The notes beneath the pieces were generated by a model. That model made no database searches. It was not told where the DNA came from and saw only the letters and a program-made list of their open reading frames with translations. DNA of 64,000 bases from contig NC_052152.1 of the NCBI RefSeq assembly GCF_902713615.1, forward strand, positions 139,984,815-140,048,814. Direction: 5' to 3'. The position numbers and the translations under genes are program-made. The stretch is from Scyliorhinus canicula. Taxonomy: Eukaryota. Of the stretch, positions 24,530-36,014 are shown piece by piece (positions within the stretch are counted from its first letter, which is position 1; each line of letters opens with the position of its first letter).

Positions 24530-24800
24530 AGTCCAGGATTAAAGGTAATAGGGATAAGCATAGATGGCTGTTATAATCCTGAGCCTTGCACGGGTCAGCT
24601 GCAGACCACAGCTACTGATGGTTGAATAGAATGAATCATTGTTGTCTCGAAATCCCGACAGTATTCTTGCCGCACTACAGGACTTGGGAAGATGATCATG
24701 ATACATTTGTAGTTCTTGGAGTTTCTGTGATTGGATTGGAAAAGGTAGGTCAATGATCTTCAAAATTCCACATGGTCTGTGGAATGATCATGATGGTTAC
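24530..24800 (-). pseudogene. Possible very old Harbinger transposase remnant
   Basis: VGILKIIDLPFPIQS..FYSTISS..ARLRIITAIYAYP weakly parallels the GAIDGTHIPI..FHSINVQ..ARLRI..ARYP motif order. Confidence 0.3.
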
Positions 24801-24895
24801 AGTCTCTTCTTTCCTCCAAATGTCAGCCTCATGGAAAATGAATTCATAAGGACATTAATCCAGTTGCAAACAGAGATAGTGTGATGATGGAAAAG

Positions 24896-25071
24896 ATGAA
24901 AATCGCTTACTGTCACAAGTAGACTTCAAAAATGAAGTTACTGTGAAAAACCCCTAGTCGCCACATTCCAGCGCCTGTTCGGGGAGGCTGGGACGGGAAT
25001 TGAACCATGCTACTGGCCTGCCTTGGTCTGCTTTAAAAGCTAGCTCTTTAGCCCTGTGCTAAATCAGCCCC
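24896..25071 (-). mobile_element. Short SINE with a different tRNA-like head and Rex1-type tail
   Basis: Head GGGGCTGATTTAGCACAGGGCTAAA..GGTTCAATTCCCG fused to the same 3' module (CCGAACAGGCG..GTGACAGTAA) as 7401-7694; second copy at 38578. Confidence 0.8.
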
Positions 25072-25127
25072 AGAAAGCAGATGGTTGACTTAATTTTCTA
25101 CATTACCTAGACTGGGATGAAAATGAG

Positions 25128-25765
25128 GGGCGCGATTCTCCACTCCCCATGCCGGATGGGAGAATCGCGGGAGGGCCGGGAAAATCACGACAGACCGCCC
25201 TGTCACCCCCCGCGATTCTCCCACCCTCCCCAAAATCTCACGCCGACCAACAATTCTCCAGCCCGGATGGGCCGAGTGGCCTGGTGAACCCGACCGTTCA
25301 CGCTGCGTCAACCACACCTGGTCACTGCCAGCGTGAACATCTTTCGACCGGTAAGTGTGGGGCCTGTGGGGGGCGGAGGGAGGATCAAGCACCACGTGCC
25401 TGCTCATCAGATCGTCGGGCCGGCGTCTGTAAACGATGCACTCTTTTCCCTCCACCGTCCCGCAATATGAAGCCGCCATGTCTTGCGGGGCAGCGGAGGG
25501 GAAGACTGCAACCGCGCATGCGCAGGTTGGAGCCAGCCAACCTGCGCATGCGTGGCCGACGTTGCTTCGGCGCCGCCGGCCGCGTCATTCCTGGCGCGCC
25601 GCTTTGACACAAGTGTCAAGGCCGGGCGCACGGGATTCATGCGCCGCTGCTCCTAGCCCCCGGGGGGAGAATAGGGGGCAAGGAGCGGCCTCCGACGCCG
25701 GAGTGAAACATTCCGGGTTTCACTCCGGCCTCGGCACTCAGTCTCCCTTTGGGAGAATCACGCCC
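25128..25765. mobile_element. Harbinger-type MITE
   Basis: TIRs GGGCGCGATTCTCC ... GGAGAATCACGCCC; TSD GAG. Confidence 0.92.
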
Positions 25766-26190
25766 GAGAGCTGCCCTCCCTTCTCTAAATTTCATAAGGG
25801 AGGGAGGAGAATGAGATGTTTACAGAATTAGCCCAAGTTGGTTGCTTTGGAAAGTAGCCAGCGTACAGGCTTTAATCTGGACTCAAATTAAACTGTGTAT
25901 TGTCGAAGCAATGAGACTTGGACCAGGTTCATGCAGTATGTCCACCATCAAGGATCTGTGACAAATCTGACTTCACAGATTTTCAGGTTTGTGGATGATC
26001 TTCATGTCCCTTAATTGGTAGAGATAGAAGTGCTAAATTAATGTATTCCAATCGGGGAAGTATGGAATTGATTTATAAAATAATTGTGCAACAAAAGATA
26101 ATTAAATAAAAGCAAATTACTGTGGGTGCTGGAATCTGAAACGAAAGAGAAAATGCTGGAAAATCTGGCAGCATCTTTAGGGAGAGAAAA

Positions 26191-26230
26191 GAGCTAATAT
26201 TTCGGGTGTGATGATTCTTTGTCAAAGCCC
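26191..26230 (-). ncRNA. Minimal type I hammerhead-like motif (UUGACAA core variant), decayed
   Basis: Minus strand reads GGGCT-TTGACAA-A-[stem II remnant]-GAAATATT-AGCTC; stem I GGGCT/AGCTC. Confidence 0.45.
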
Positions 26231-26258
26231 TGGTGTTCAAAGCAATGGGTAGGAACCT

Positions 26259-26297
26259 GCTTTGACTAAAAGTCATCGGACTTGAAACATTAGCTCT
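26259..26297 (+). ncRNA. Minimal type I hammerhead-like motif, decayed
   Basis: GCT-TTGACTA-A-AAGTC-ATCG-GACTT-GAAACATT-AGC; perfect 5-bp stem II. Confidence 0.45.
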
Positions 26298-26391
26298 TTT
26301 CTCTCCCTACGGATGCTGGAGACCTGCTGAGATTTTCCAGCATTTTCTCTTTCGTAAAAGATAATTAAACCCATGGAACTTCCGGTAACGT

Positions 26392-27225
26392 CATAGAAAC
26401 ATAGAAAAATAGTAGCAGGAGGGGCCATTCGGCCCTTTGAGCCTGCTCTGCCATTCATTATGATCATAGCTGATCATCAAGTTCAATACCCTGATCGCGC
26501 CTTCCCCCCTTATCCCTTGATCCCTTTAGCCCTAAGAACTATATTGAATTCCTCCTTGAAATTACGCAATGATTGCGTAATGTTAGGTGGATTGGCCATG
26601 CTAAATTGCCCGTAGTGTAAGGTTAATGGGGGGATTGTTGGGTTACGGGTATACGGGTTACGTGGGTTTAAGTAGGGTGATCATTGCTCGGCACAACATC
26701 GAGGGCCGAAGGGCCTGTTCTGTGCTGTACTGTTCTATGTTCTATGATTGGCCTCAACTACTTTCTGTGGTAGTGAATTCCACAGATTCACCACTCTCTG
26801 GGTGAAGAAATGTCTCCTCACCTCAGTCCTAAAATGTTTACTCATTATCCTCAACATATGGCCCCTAGTTCTGGACTCCCCCACCAGTGGGAACATTCTT
26901 TCTGAATATACCCTGTCTAATCCTGTTCGAATCTTGAAAGTTTCTATGAGATCCTCTCTCACTCTTCTCAACTCCAATAAATATAATCTTAACTGACTTA
27001 GTCTCTCCTCGGATGTCAGACCCATCACCCCAGGAATCAGCCTGGTAAACCTTCACTGCATTCCCTCCACAGCAAGAATATCCTTCCTCAGATAAGGACA
27101 CCAAAACTGCAGACAATACTTCCAATGCCCTAGACAATTGTAGTAAAACATCTTTATTCCTATACTCAAATCCTCCCCTGTAAAGGCCAACATACCATTT
27201 GCCTTCTTTGCTGCCTTCTTTACAC
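26392..27225 (-). mobile_element. CR1 LINE 3' fragment (split by a HE1 insertion)
   Basis: KKANGMLAF..YCLQFWCPYLRKDI..RRVREDLIETFKI..FFTQRVVNLWNSLP; tail CATAGAAA repeats on +. Confidence 0.9.
26582..26743 (+). mobile_element. 5'-truncated HE1 SINE
   Basis: Core and tail nearly identical to 10165-10345; target ATGATTG duplicated. Confidence 0.9.
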
Positions 27226-27239
27226 GCCAACTGATTTTA

Positions 27240-29315
27240 GGAGGAGATTTTAATTGTGTATTGTATTTGAAGTTGGACCGTTCCAGGCCTGGATCGGTGG
27301 ACCCTTCGGTGATGAGGAAGGAGCAAACAGCATTCATGGAGGAAATGTGGAGGGTTATAGACACCTGACGATTTATGCACCCAACGGGAACGGGCAAGGA
27401 GTATTCATTTTTTCCGCCAGTGCACAAGCTGTATTCAAGGATGGACTTCTTTGTTATGGGTAGGAACATGCTTTCAGAGTGAAGAGCGCAGATAATTTAG
27501 CTGTGGTCACCTCAGCTATTGTCACCACAATTCCTCTCTATTTATTCAAGGCCTTCAAAGCGATTGCCAACTTTCAATCGCCAACGCGTAACATTTGGTG
27601 GACCTGAAGTTGGAGGCAGGGCAGGTGCAGCGTAAGGGTGGTAGTGGATGGGATTTTGGGTGTAGATAGGGAGTAGGCAAGCCACTCAACACCAGAGAAT
27701 TGCACATGCAGGAGCAGTTTGACCTGCTATCCACAGGTCGGGTGGTTCACCAGCTTAACCTCTTAAAGGGGAAGGTATATGAGTACGGGGAGAAGGCTAG
27801 CTGCCTGTTTGCTCATCAGTTAAGGCGACAGAGGGCTGCCAAGGAGTTTGTGAGGCATGGGAGCCAGGGGTGGGCTGGTTCCTGACCCAGAGAAAGTCAA
27901 TCAGGTGTTTAGGTCCTCCTATGAGGGTCTCTCTAGGTCGGAGCCACCAGAGGACGAGCAGGGGATGGTGGAGTTCTTGGATGGATTAGAGTATCACCAG
28001 GTGTCGGAGGAGTTGCAGGAAGAATTGAAGGCGTCGATGAGGTTGGAGGAGGTCCACAGGGCCTTGGAAAAGCAGCAGATAGAGAAGACACCGGGACCAG
28101 CTGGCTTCCCGGTGGAATAGGTTGGTGCTGGGGATGTTTAATGACTCATTGGTGCAGGGGTGTCTCCTGGAGATGCTGCATCAGGCGTTCGTCTCCCTCC
28201 TTCTGAAGAAGGACCAGGAGTCCACAGAGTGTGGGTCGTACTGCCCAATTTGTTTACTTTACGTGAATGCAAAACTTTTGGTCAAGGTCTTGGCACTAAG
28301 GTTGGAATCTTGCCTCCCGGAGGTAGTGGGGAAGACAAGATGCATTTTGTGAAGGGCAGAATGTTGTTGGTTAATATGAGGTGGGTATTTAACATGGTTC
28401 TCATACTGGCATCGGAGTCAAACTCGGAAGCAATCTCTGCAGCTTTGGAGAAGTTTGAATCAGTCCGGGGTTTGTGTCATGGGGTAGGCTGTTATATGAT
28501 GCACTGTCTGCGAGTGTGCGAAGGAACAATTTGAGTTTGGGGTCATTTAGATTGTACAGTGGGATGAAGCAGGGATGTCCTATGACCCCTCTGTTCGCGT
28601 TGGCGATTGAAAGTTGGCAATCGCTTTGAAGGCCTTGAATAAATAGAGAGTGATTGTGGTGGGGGGTGGATGATTTTCTGTTGTATGTAAGGAATCCTGA
28701 GCCAGTTATGGGGGATACTTTAGGCAACTTGAAGCAGTTTGGCTCCTTGCCAGGTTATAAACTGAATGTTGGGAACAATGAGTATTTTGTGAGGGGAGGA
28801 GCTGGGCAGGCGGGCCTGATGATCCATCTGGGGGGGATTAGTTATTGCTATTCGGGAGTCCAGGAGGTGGGACAGTCTCCCATTGCCATAGGCAGGCTGA
28901 GTTCAATCTATTAAGAATGAACATTGCGCCACGATTTGTGATCCTGTTTCAAGGCATCCCGGTTTTTCTACCAAAGTCGTTTTTTGGGAAATGGAACAGC
29001 TCATAATGGGTTTCATTTGGGCGGTGAGAACTCCTCGGATTTGGAGGGGGTCCTACAGCAGGAGAGGCAAATGGGGGAGGGTTGGCAGCAACAGGGAGAG
29101 TTGTTTGGGTGATCTGGGTATTAGGCAGTTATTTGGGTGAGGATGGAGTCAGGGTTCTGTAAAGGGATGGGCTTGGACACGCTGGCGATGGCATCTCTGC
29201 CATTTGCTCCAGCAAAATATTTTTGAACCTGGTGATGGTCGCCACGTTAAAAAGATGTCAGTAACTCATTTTAAGTTGAGGGCAGTGTCAAAGTGGACCC
29301 CTATCTGTAGGAATC
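27240..29315 (+). mobile_element. L1/Tx1-clade LINE ORF2 remnant
   Basis: EYSFF..YSRMDF (endonuclease), YEYGEKASCLFAHQL, KTPGPAGFPVE, GSYCPICLLYVNAKLLVKVLALRL, QGCP, DDFLLY. Confidence 0.85.
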
Positions 29316-29414
29316 ATCTGCAGGATTCACCATCAGCGTTATTCTCTGCTTTGTTGGCAGCTCATCCACGCACTGGGGTTTCCCAATGCTGTGTAGTGGT
29401 CACAATGGGAAATC

Positions 29415-29895
29415 CCATTGTATCCTGGGATTGAGATAATCGACCTCCAACAACAATGACTATCTTCCTTTGTGCCAAATATGGCTCCAACCAGAGAAGA
29501 GTTTTGCTCCTGATCACCATTGATTCCAGTTTTACGAGGGTTCCTTGATGCCGCACTTGTTTAAATGTTACCCTGATGTAATCACTCTCACCCCTTAAAT
29601 TCAGCCCATTTGTGCCTGTTTATCCTCAGGCTGTAATGAAGTCAGGAGCTGAATGGCTCTGGCATAATCCAAACTGAGAGTCAGTGATCAGGCTTTGCTG
29701 AGTAAGTGCTGCTCGATAGCACTGTCAATGACCCCGACCATCACTTTGCCGATGATCAACAGTTGACAGAAGGGGTGGCCATTTGCTGGGTTGGATTTGC
29801 CCTGCTTTTTCTGTACAGGACATACCTGGACAGTTTTGCAAATTGATGGGTAGATGCCAGTGTTCTAGCTGTACTGGAACAGCTTGTCTAAGGGA
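29415..29895 (-). mobile_element. Old CR1-group LINE RT fragment
   Basis: HQGTLVKLESMVIRSKTLLWLEPYLAQRKIVIVVGG. Confidence 0.7.
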
Positions 29896-30564
29896 ATGGA
29901 GTGAAGTTTAGATGTTCAATAACTGAGGAGGCAAGGAGCTAGACTGCAGTTGTAAGTATTTTGAACGCACATTATCAATAGATGGGACTTGCTCAAACAG
30001 AGCATCTTGCCTTATCATGTTATTATACGTTATCTTGTATCCTTCATCTTGAATATAATTTGTGCCACGTTGCTGGATATATGAGCTGATAGCAGAGTGA
30101 TATCAATGGGGCACCCATGACCTCAGCAAACAGTGGGATGAATAATGTATCAATATAAGCAATGAGATTTCATGACCATGACAAAAGAAAGTGAACAGTG
30201 GAAATAGATTAGAATCAAATCAGGTACAGAAAGAGAAATAAAAAGAGGGAAAGATTGCCATGGACAGGACACAGACCACGGAAAGGCCCAATGACATTGG
30301 GCAGGAATTATTGGTCGGCGAGCGGGCACGATCGGAGAATCCCACCCAGTGACGTAAAATAAAGAACAAACGCGAAATGAAGTTTGCAATGTGGGAATTT
30401 TGCCTTCGCCTTTTCCTGATACAGCACACAAAAATAAGAGAAACTTTGAAACAGTTGCTTATTTAAAAACTTCTAAATCCTCTTTCAAGCTCTTTTCATG
30501 TTCATAAACTCAAAAACCGCACAGGTACTTGGAAAGAGGATACTATGCAGCAAATTCTGATTAC

Positions 30565-30885
30565 CACAAGACCATAAGGCAGAGGAGCAGAAATTGGCCA
30601 TTAGGCCCATTGAGCCTGCTCCGCCATTCAATGAGATCATGGGCTGGATTCTCTGCCAGCGATTGCTCCTTTTGTTTCCGATGGCGTGGGGCTGCCCCAC
30701 AATGGGAAACCCCATTGACCGGCCGACATAACGGAGCATCCCGCCAGCGGGTGAAATGGAAATGTGGCGCGGCGGGGCAGAAAATCCAGCCCCGTGACTG
30801 CTAATTTACAATAATCCTCTCAACTCCACTCTCCCACTTTATCCCCATAACTCTTGGTTCCCTTACTGATTCAAAATATGTCCAT
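30565..30885 (-). mobile_element. CR1 3' tail fragment (split by a MITE)
   Basis: CATAAG..GGCCATTAGGCCCATTGAGCCTGCTCCGCCATTCAAT, homologous to the CR1 tail at 12545-12620. Confidence 0.75.
30641..30792. mobile_element. Small Harbinger-type MITE
   Basis: GGGCTGGATTCTCTGCC ... GGCAGAAAATCCAGCCC; TSD CAT/CGT. Confidence 0.85.
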
Positions 30886-31889
30886 AGATGCCGGAGGGTT
30901 TTTACTCTTGAGTTTTACAATTGCCATACAACTGGAAATGCTCGAAATGGATATTGGGGCACGAATAGGAGGAAAATTCTTCATGTCACTGGAATGTGAT
31001 TCCTCAATTAACTAAGCATTTAAAAAAATAATTCCTTCAAATTAAATACTTCAACAAGAAGTCAGATTTGCTTTTGGGTGGCTTTTGGTGAATAAGGGAA
31101 TGTTAGCTTGGATTGGTTTTCTTCATTTATAACTGATAAATGCGACCAACAAAACAAATGTTGTCAAACAAAGGTTCCGAATTGCTATGGAGCAATGTCT
31201 TGAACCTTACAAGAGGACATGAGCAGCATTCTCCCTGGAGCCTGTTTGCAAATCTCTTCAGAGGCCAGAGGCTTGGCATGGTTTCATTCTTTCAATCCCA
31301 TAATCACTCTTTTTGTTGTTGTGCTATTTCTTTCCTGACAAGAAATTACAGAACATCCATTAAGCTTTTAATGTTTCTTTTAAACTCAGTTTGAACAAAA
31401 ACTTCTAAACCATATTCCTGCAGTTTTTACCTCTTGACTTGTTATCAGCGCAGGCCATTTGTTCTCCCACAGTATTTGATATCATATTTAATTAAAAGAG
31501 ACTTAAGTCCTTCAAAGTCTTTGATCAGAACCACCAAACTGATTAAGCTGATTAATTTAACACTGTCAGACACACAATATATGAGATGGTGCCATAACTG
31601 AGTGCTAGTTTTCAGATTTATTATTCACACACTCTTTTATTAGTCAGGGACACAGTCAGTCTCTCCTAATTAAATTTTACTACTATTAAGTGCTCAATGT
31701 AATGTTCGTGGTGCAGTTTATTAACTGAAGCTATTATACATTTAACATTTTGTTTTTAATTTGACTTTTTTTGGCAAATGTTGTAAGACGCAAACTGTGA
31801 GGTGAAGCAGTTTGGAAACTGTGCATCTTGCCTATATTTTAACCCTGATGAAAGAAAAGGAAGTATTAAATTTACAAGCAGAATCTCAG

Positions 31890-33345
31890 GATTCCTCAAT
31901 GCCTTGCATTCAATTGAGTACTTCTGAGGTGTTGTGGCTTTGCAAAGTAGGAAATGCCGCAGCAATTTGCCCACAGCAAGGTCTCATAAACAGCGATGTG
32001 TTAAATTACTCCTTAGGTTGGAGTTGCAGGAATAAGGTGGGGGAATTGGGCCGAGGTAGGATGGTCTTTCAAAGGGTCGGTGCAGAGTCAATGGAAGAAT
32101 GGCCACCTTCTGCATGGTAGGAATTCTATGAACAGAAGAAATAGGAGCGGGAATGGACTGTATGGACCTTTGAGGCAGCTTCTTCATTCAATAAAGTTCA
32201 TGGCTGATCATCTACCTCTACCTTCTCGCCTTATCCCCAAATTACCTGATTCTCTTAGTATCCAACATCTATCGTCCCTGTTTTGAATATACTCAGCAGT
32301 TGAGCACCAACCGCTCTCTGTGATAGTCAATGCCATACATTCACAAACTGTTGAGTGAAAAATAATTCTCCTCCTCTCAGCCCAAAATTGCCGTTCCCTT
32401 ATTCTGAGACCATGATCTCTAGTTCTGGGCTCTCCAACAAGGGAAACATTTTCTCAGCATCTGCTAAGCCTCCAATAATAAGATAAACTAGTTTTTTTTC
32501 CAGTGATGTTGACTGGGGGAGAAATAATGGCCAAAACACCAGGGTTGAACTCTTTTGGTCTTCTTCAAAATAGTGCCATTTGATCATTCAGATCAGGCTT
32601 GTGCAATATACGGCCAGAAGGGCGGAAACAGCTCATAAAGCCCGTTTTCAAATTGCTGGTCAAACGGTAGTTTTGAATGGAAAAATCTGTATGGAGTTGC
32701 TCCTCCAATCAATCATAGGATATTTCTTTCCCATGTGTAGAAGATAGTTAACCTGTGATTGGAGTAGCAATGAACATGAGTGGCGGTGAGTTTGGGGTAT
32801 GTGGAGCAGAGGACTAGGAGCAAGGCCCAGGGAGCAGAGGTGCCAGGGAGCTGGGGGCCAGGGAGCACAGGTTCTAGGAAGCAGGAGCTGGGCCCACTGG
32901 CACCTGAGTGAGTGAATGAATGAGTGGAGATTATTAGGTAGAGAATGTGATGGGGAGATAGAGAGAGAGTATGTAAAGATAGAGAGAGAGGGTGCGTGGA
33001 GAAAGAGAAAGTGTGTGATGGGTAGAGAGAGAGTATATGAAGAGAGAAAGTGTTATGGGGAGGGAGAGAGAGTGTGAAGGGGTAGAGTGTGTGTGTGGGG
33101 GGGGGGAAGGTGAGAAAGTGTTAGCGAGGAGGTGAAAGAGTGGGGAGGAAGGTAAGAGAGTGGGGGTATTGTGAGATTTGCATGGGGTGAGTGTGCAGGG
33201 AGAGAATGCGTGCACAGGTCTGGCTCACTCCCAGTCTCAGGGTCCTCACTCATTACCCACCCCGATTTTGAGCTTAATCTTTGGAGTTGAATGCAAACCC
33301 ATAACTTTCTGACTCAAAGGTAAAGAGTGCTACCACTGACTGATG
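31890..33345 (-). mobile_element. Fragmented Deu-domain SINE (pieces ~31890-32000, 32490-32590, 33270-33345) separated by later insertions
   Basis: Pieces are collinear with 15295-15725. Confidence 0.55.
32007..32480. mobile_element. Old HE1 3' end (+) tail-to-tail with a CR1 3' end (-)
   Basis: GGGTCGGTGCAGA..GAATGGCCACCTTCTGCA then AATAGGAGC..CCATTC-like and ADAEKMFPL coding remnant. Confidence 0.6.
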
Positions 33346-34379
33346 CCTCTTGTGATTTGTATATTATAGTAACGTATCACAGCGATGAAAATTTTGTTTT
33401 GTCTTTCTTCGGTTTGAACAAAAATTGGGTGCGATTTTGGGTAGCACACAATCTCTGTTAAGCAGACGTATTTTGTCTCATACTTTGGCAATTACAATCA
33501 CACTTTGTTAATTGTAAAATTACTTATCAGCTGGCTCACCCCACAAGCAATGGGAACATGTTGATCACACCTCAGGTGTCACACAAGAAAATTTCTGTGT
33601 CACACTCAAAGAAAAATACACAAAAGAACAAAAGATGCCGATGTAAGGACAGTGATTTTTCATGTCATATCTTGCTGTTTTCTTCTGCTCTTTAATTTAC
33701 CTCAGGATAAGTCTGAAGGCAAACAAATTTGATTCACACACAAAAATGCTCAGCAGTTATACCTTGCAGATATGAAAAAGAAACTAATTGATTTCCAGCC
33801 TGGTGCATTGACCATCACACATCCTTAACAATTCATCAACTTCCCATGAGCAAAATTGTCAGAGATTTGCTTGCATTAAATAAAAAGGTGTTGTCGCACT
33901 TAATGGGATGTGATAAGAAGGTGGCCAGAATGACTCCTCATCACTGATCTTTCTATCTTAATGTTTATTTTCCTTCAGGAGCCCCGCCCAGACACAATTT
34001 CATGGTAAGGTGGACAAGGCCTTGGATAGGAAACCCCCCTGTGCGCTTATTAAGGACATTAGCCACTTAATGGTCTTTTCCTACCCAACCTCAATTTGCG
34101 ACAAAAGTACAGGATTTTGAATAGGCCCCACCTGGAGTACTATTTTTAACTCCAGCTGTTATGATCCTAGCAGGGTAGATCAGAAATCTGAAAACTCTTG
34201 GACGTTTCAGAAGTTTCAAAAATCATTGCAATGGAACAAGGTAGATTACATGCAATCCCCCTAGTCCTCAGCAACACCCCCCCCCCCCCACCCCCCGCCC
34301 CCCACACTCCCACCCTCATCTCTTTACCACTTACTTTTGGGTGACTGCTGCCAGTGCAAATGCCCCAACATTCATCAGG

Positions 34380-35790
34380 AGAGTGGAAGAAAAAGAGAGC
34401 GAGACTGTGTGCGGAGCGGAGGGGATAAAACAGAGCAAGACTGAGAGCGGAGCCGGGAGACAAAAGTGTGCATGAAAGGGTAAGACGGAGAGCGGAGACG
34501 AGAGGATAAAATCAGAGCCAAGAGGAGAAAAGAGCGTGAGAAGGACTGACACTGAGAGCAGAGTCAGGAGGATAAAAGAGTACAAGAAAGAGCGAGGCTA
34601 AGAACAGAGCCAGGAGGATAAAAGAGCGTGAGAAGGACTGACACTGAGAGCAGAGTCAGGAGGATAAAAGAGTACAAGAAAGAGCGAGGCTAAGAACAGA
34701 GCCAGGAGGATAAAAGAGCATGAGAAACAGCGAGACTGAGAACGGAGCCAGGAGGATAAAAGAGCATGAGAAACAGCGAGACTGCGAACGGAGCCAGGAG
34801 GATAAAAGAGCATGAGAAACAGCGAGACTGAGAACGGAGCCAGGAGGATAAAAGACTGCAAAAAAGAACGAGTCTGGGAATGGAGTCAGGTAGATAAAAG
34901 AGCGTGAGAAAGTGCAAGACTGAGAGGTCAGCCAAGAGGATAAAAGCGTAAGGGTGGTATTTGAGTGGAGGTGTGGAGATAAAAGAACACTAGAAAAAGC
35001 GAGACGAAGGGTGCAGCCAGGAGGATAAAACAGCACGAGAAATAGCGGCATGTGGCACAGTGGTTAGCATTCCTCCCTACGGCACTGAGGACCGGGGTTC
35101 GAATCCGGCCGTGGTTCACTGTCTCTGTAGAGTTTGCACATTCTCCACGTGTCTGTGTGGGTTTCGCCCCCACAACCCAAAGATGGATTTGCCATGCTAA
35201 ATTGCCTCTTAATTGGAAAAAAGAATAATTGGGCACACTAAATCTTTTTAAAAAGCACGAGAAATAGCAAGACTGAGAGTGGAGCTGAGAGGATACAAGA
35301 GAAAAGAGAGCGAGAAATAGCAAGAGTAATAGTGGAGCCAGGAGGGTAAAAGAGTGCGAAAAAGAGTAGAACTGAGAACGGAGCCAGGAGGATAAAGGAG
35401 CACAAGAAAGAGTAGAACTGAGAACGGAGCCAGGAGGATAAAGGAGCACAAGGAAGAGTAGAACTGAGAACGGAGCCAGGAGGATAAAGGAGCACAAGAA
35501 AGAGTGGACTGAACACGGAGCCAGGAGGATAAAGAAGCACAAGAAAGAGTGGGCTAATGCGGAGCCAGGAAGATAAAGGAGCACAAGAAAGAGTGGACTG
35601 AACGCGGAGCCAGAAGGATAAAAGAGTGCGCGAAAGAGCAAGACTGAGAGCGTAGCCGGGAGGAAATGCACAAGAAAGAATGATACTGAGAGCAGAGCTC
35701 GGAGGATAATTGCACCAGAAAGAACAAGACTGAGAGCAGAGCCAGAAGGATAAAAGGGTGCAAGAAAAGCGAGACTGAGAGCGGAGTGAT
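34380..35790 (+). repeat. 46-bp purine-rich tandem array at the 5' end of a CR1
   Basis: Unit ACTGAGAACGGAGCCAGGAGGATAAAAGAGCATGAGAAACAGCGAG (starts at 34735 and 34781); 92-bp dimer repeat at 34531/34623. Confidence 0.92.
35047..35253 (+). mobile_element. Short A-tailed HE1-related SINE with 15-bp TSD
   Basis: B-box GGTTCGAATCC; TSD AGCACGAGAAATAGC at 35032-35046 and 35254-35268. Confidence 0.88.
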
Positions 35791-36014
35791 AGCTTGGAGT
35801 TTGGTGCTTTTGAGGTGATGTCAGAATTCAAATGTGATGCCGGGCAAGTGGAAGCAGCTGATTGGGCGAGTACGGTCAGATAAGTATTTCCTACTTTTAT
35901 TGCTTACAGTTTGAAAGGAATATATTTTTTGTTATATAGGGCAATATTATGTAGTAACAAGGACCAGAAAAGAGTTTAAGTATCTTCCAAAAGGTTTAAA
36001 TTAAAGGATAAGGC

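Larger units (their letters stand above)
26108..26355. mobile_element. Inverted pair of Penelope-like terminal-repeat fragments
   Basis: 26108-26228 and 26259-26355 are degenerate inverted copies with a 30-bp spacer; third copy at 58977-59074. Confidence 0.7.

Noticed and set aside
34331-35831. 46-bp array as a CRISPR array, or its hydrophobic minus-strand ORFs as membrane proteins
   Set aside because: Units are head-to-tail with no unique spacers, there are no cas genes, and the DNA is vertebrate. The ORFs are repeat artefacts.
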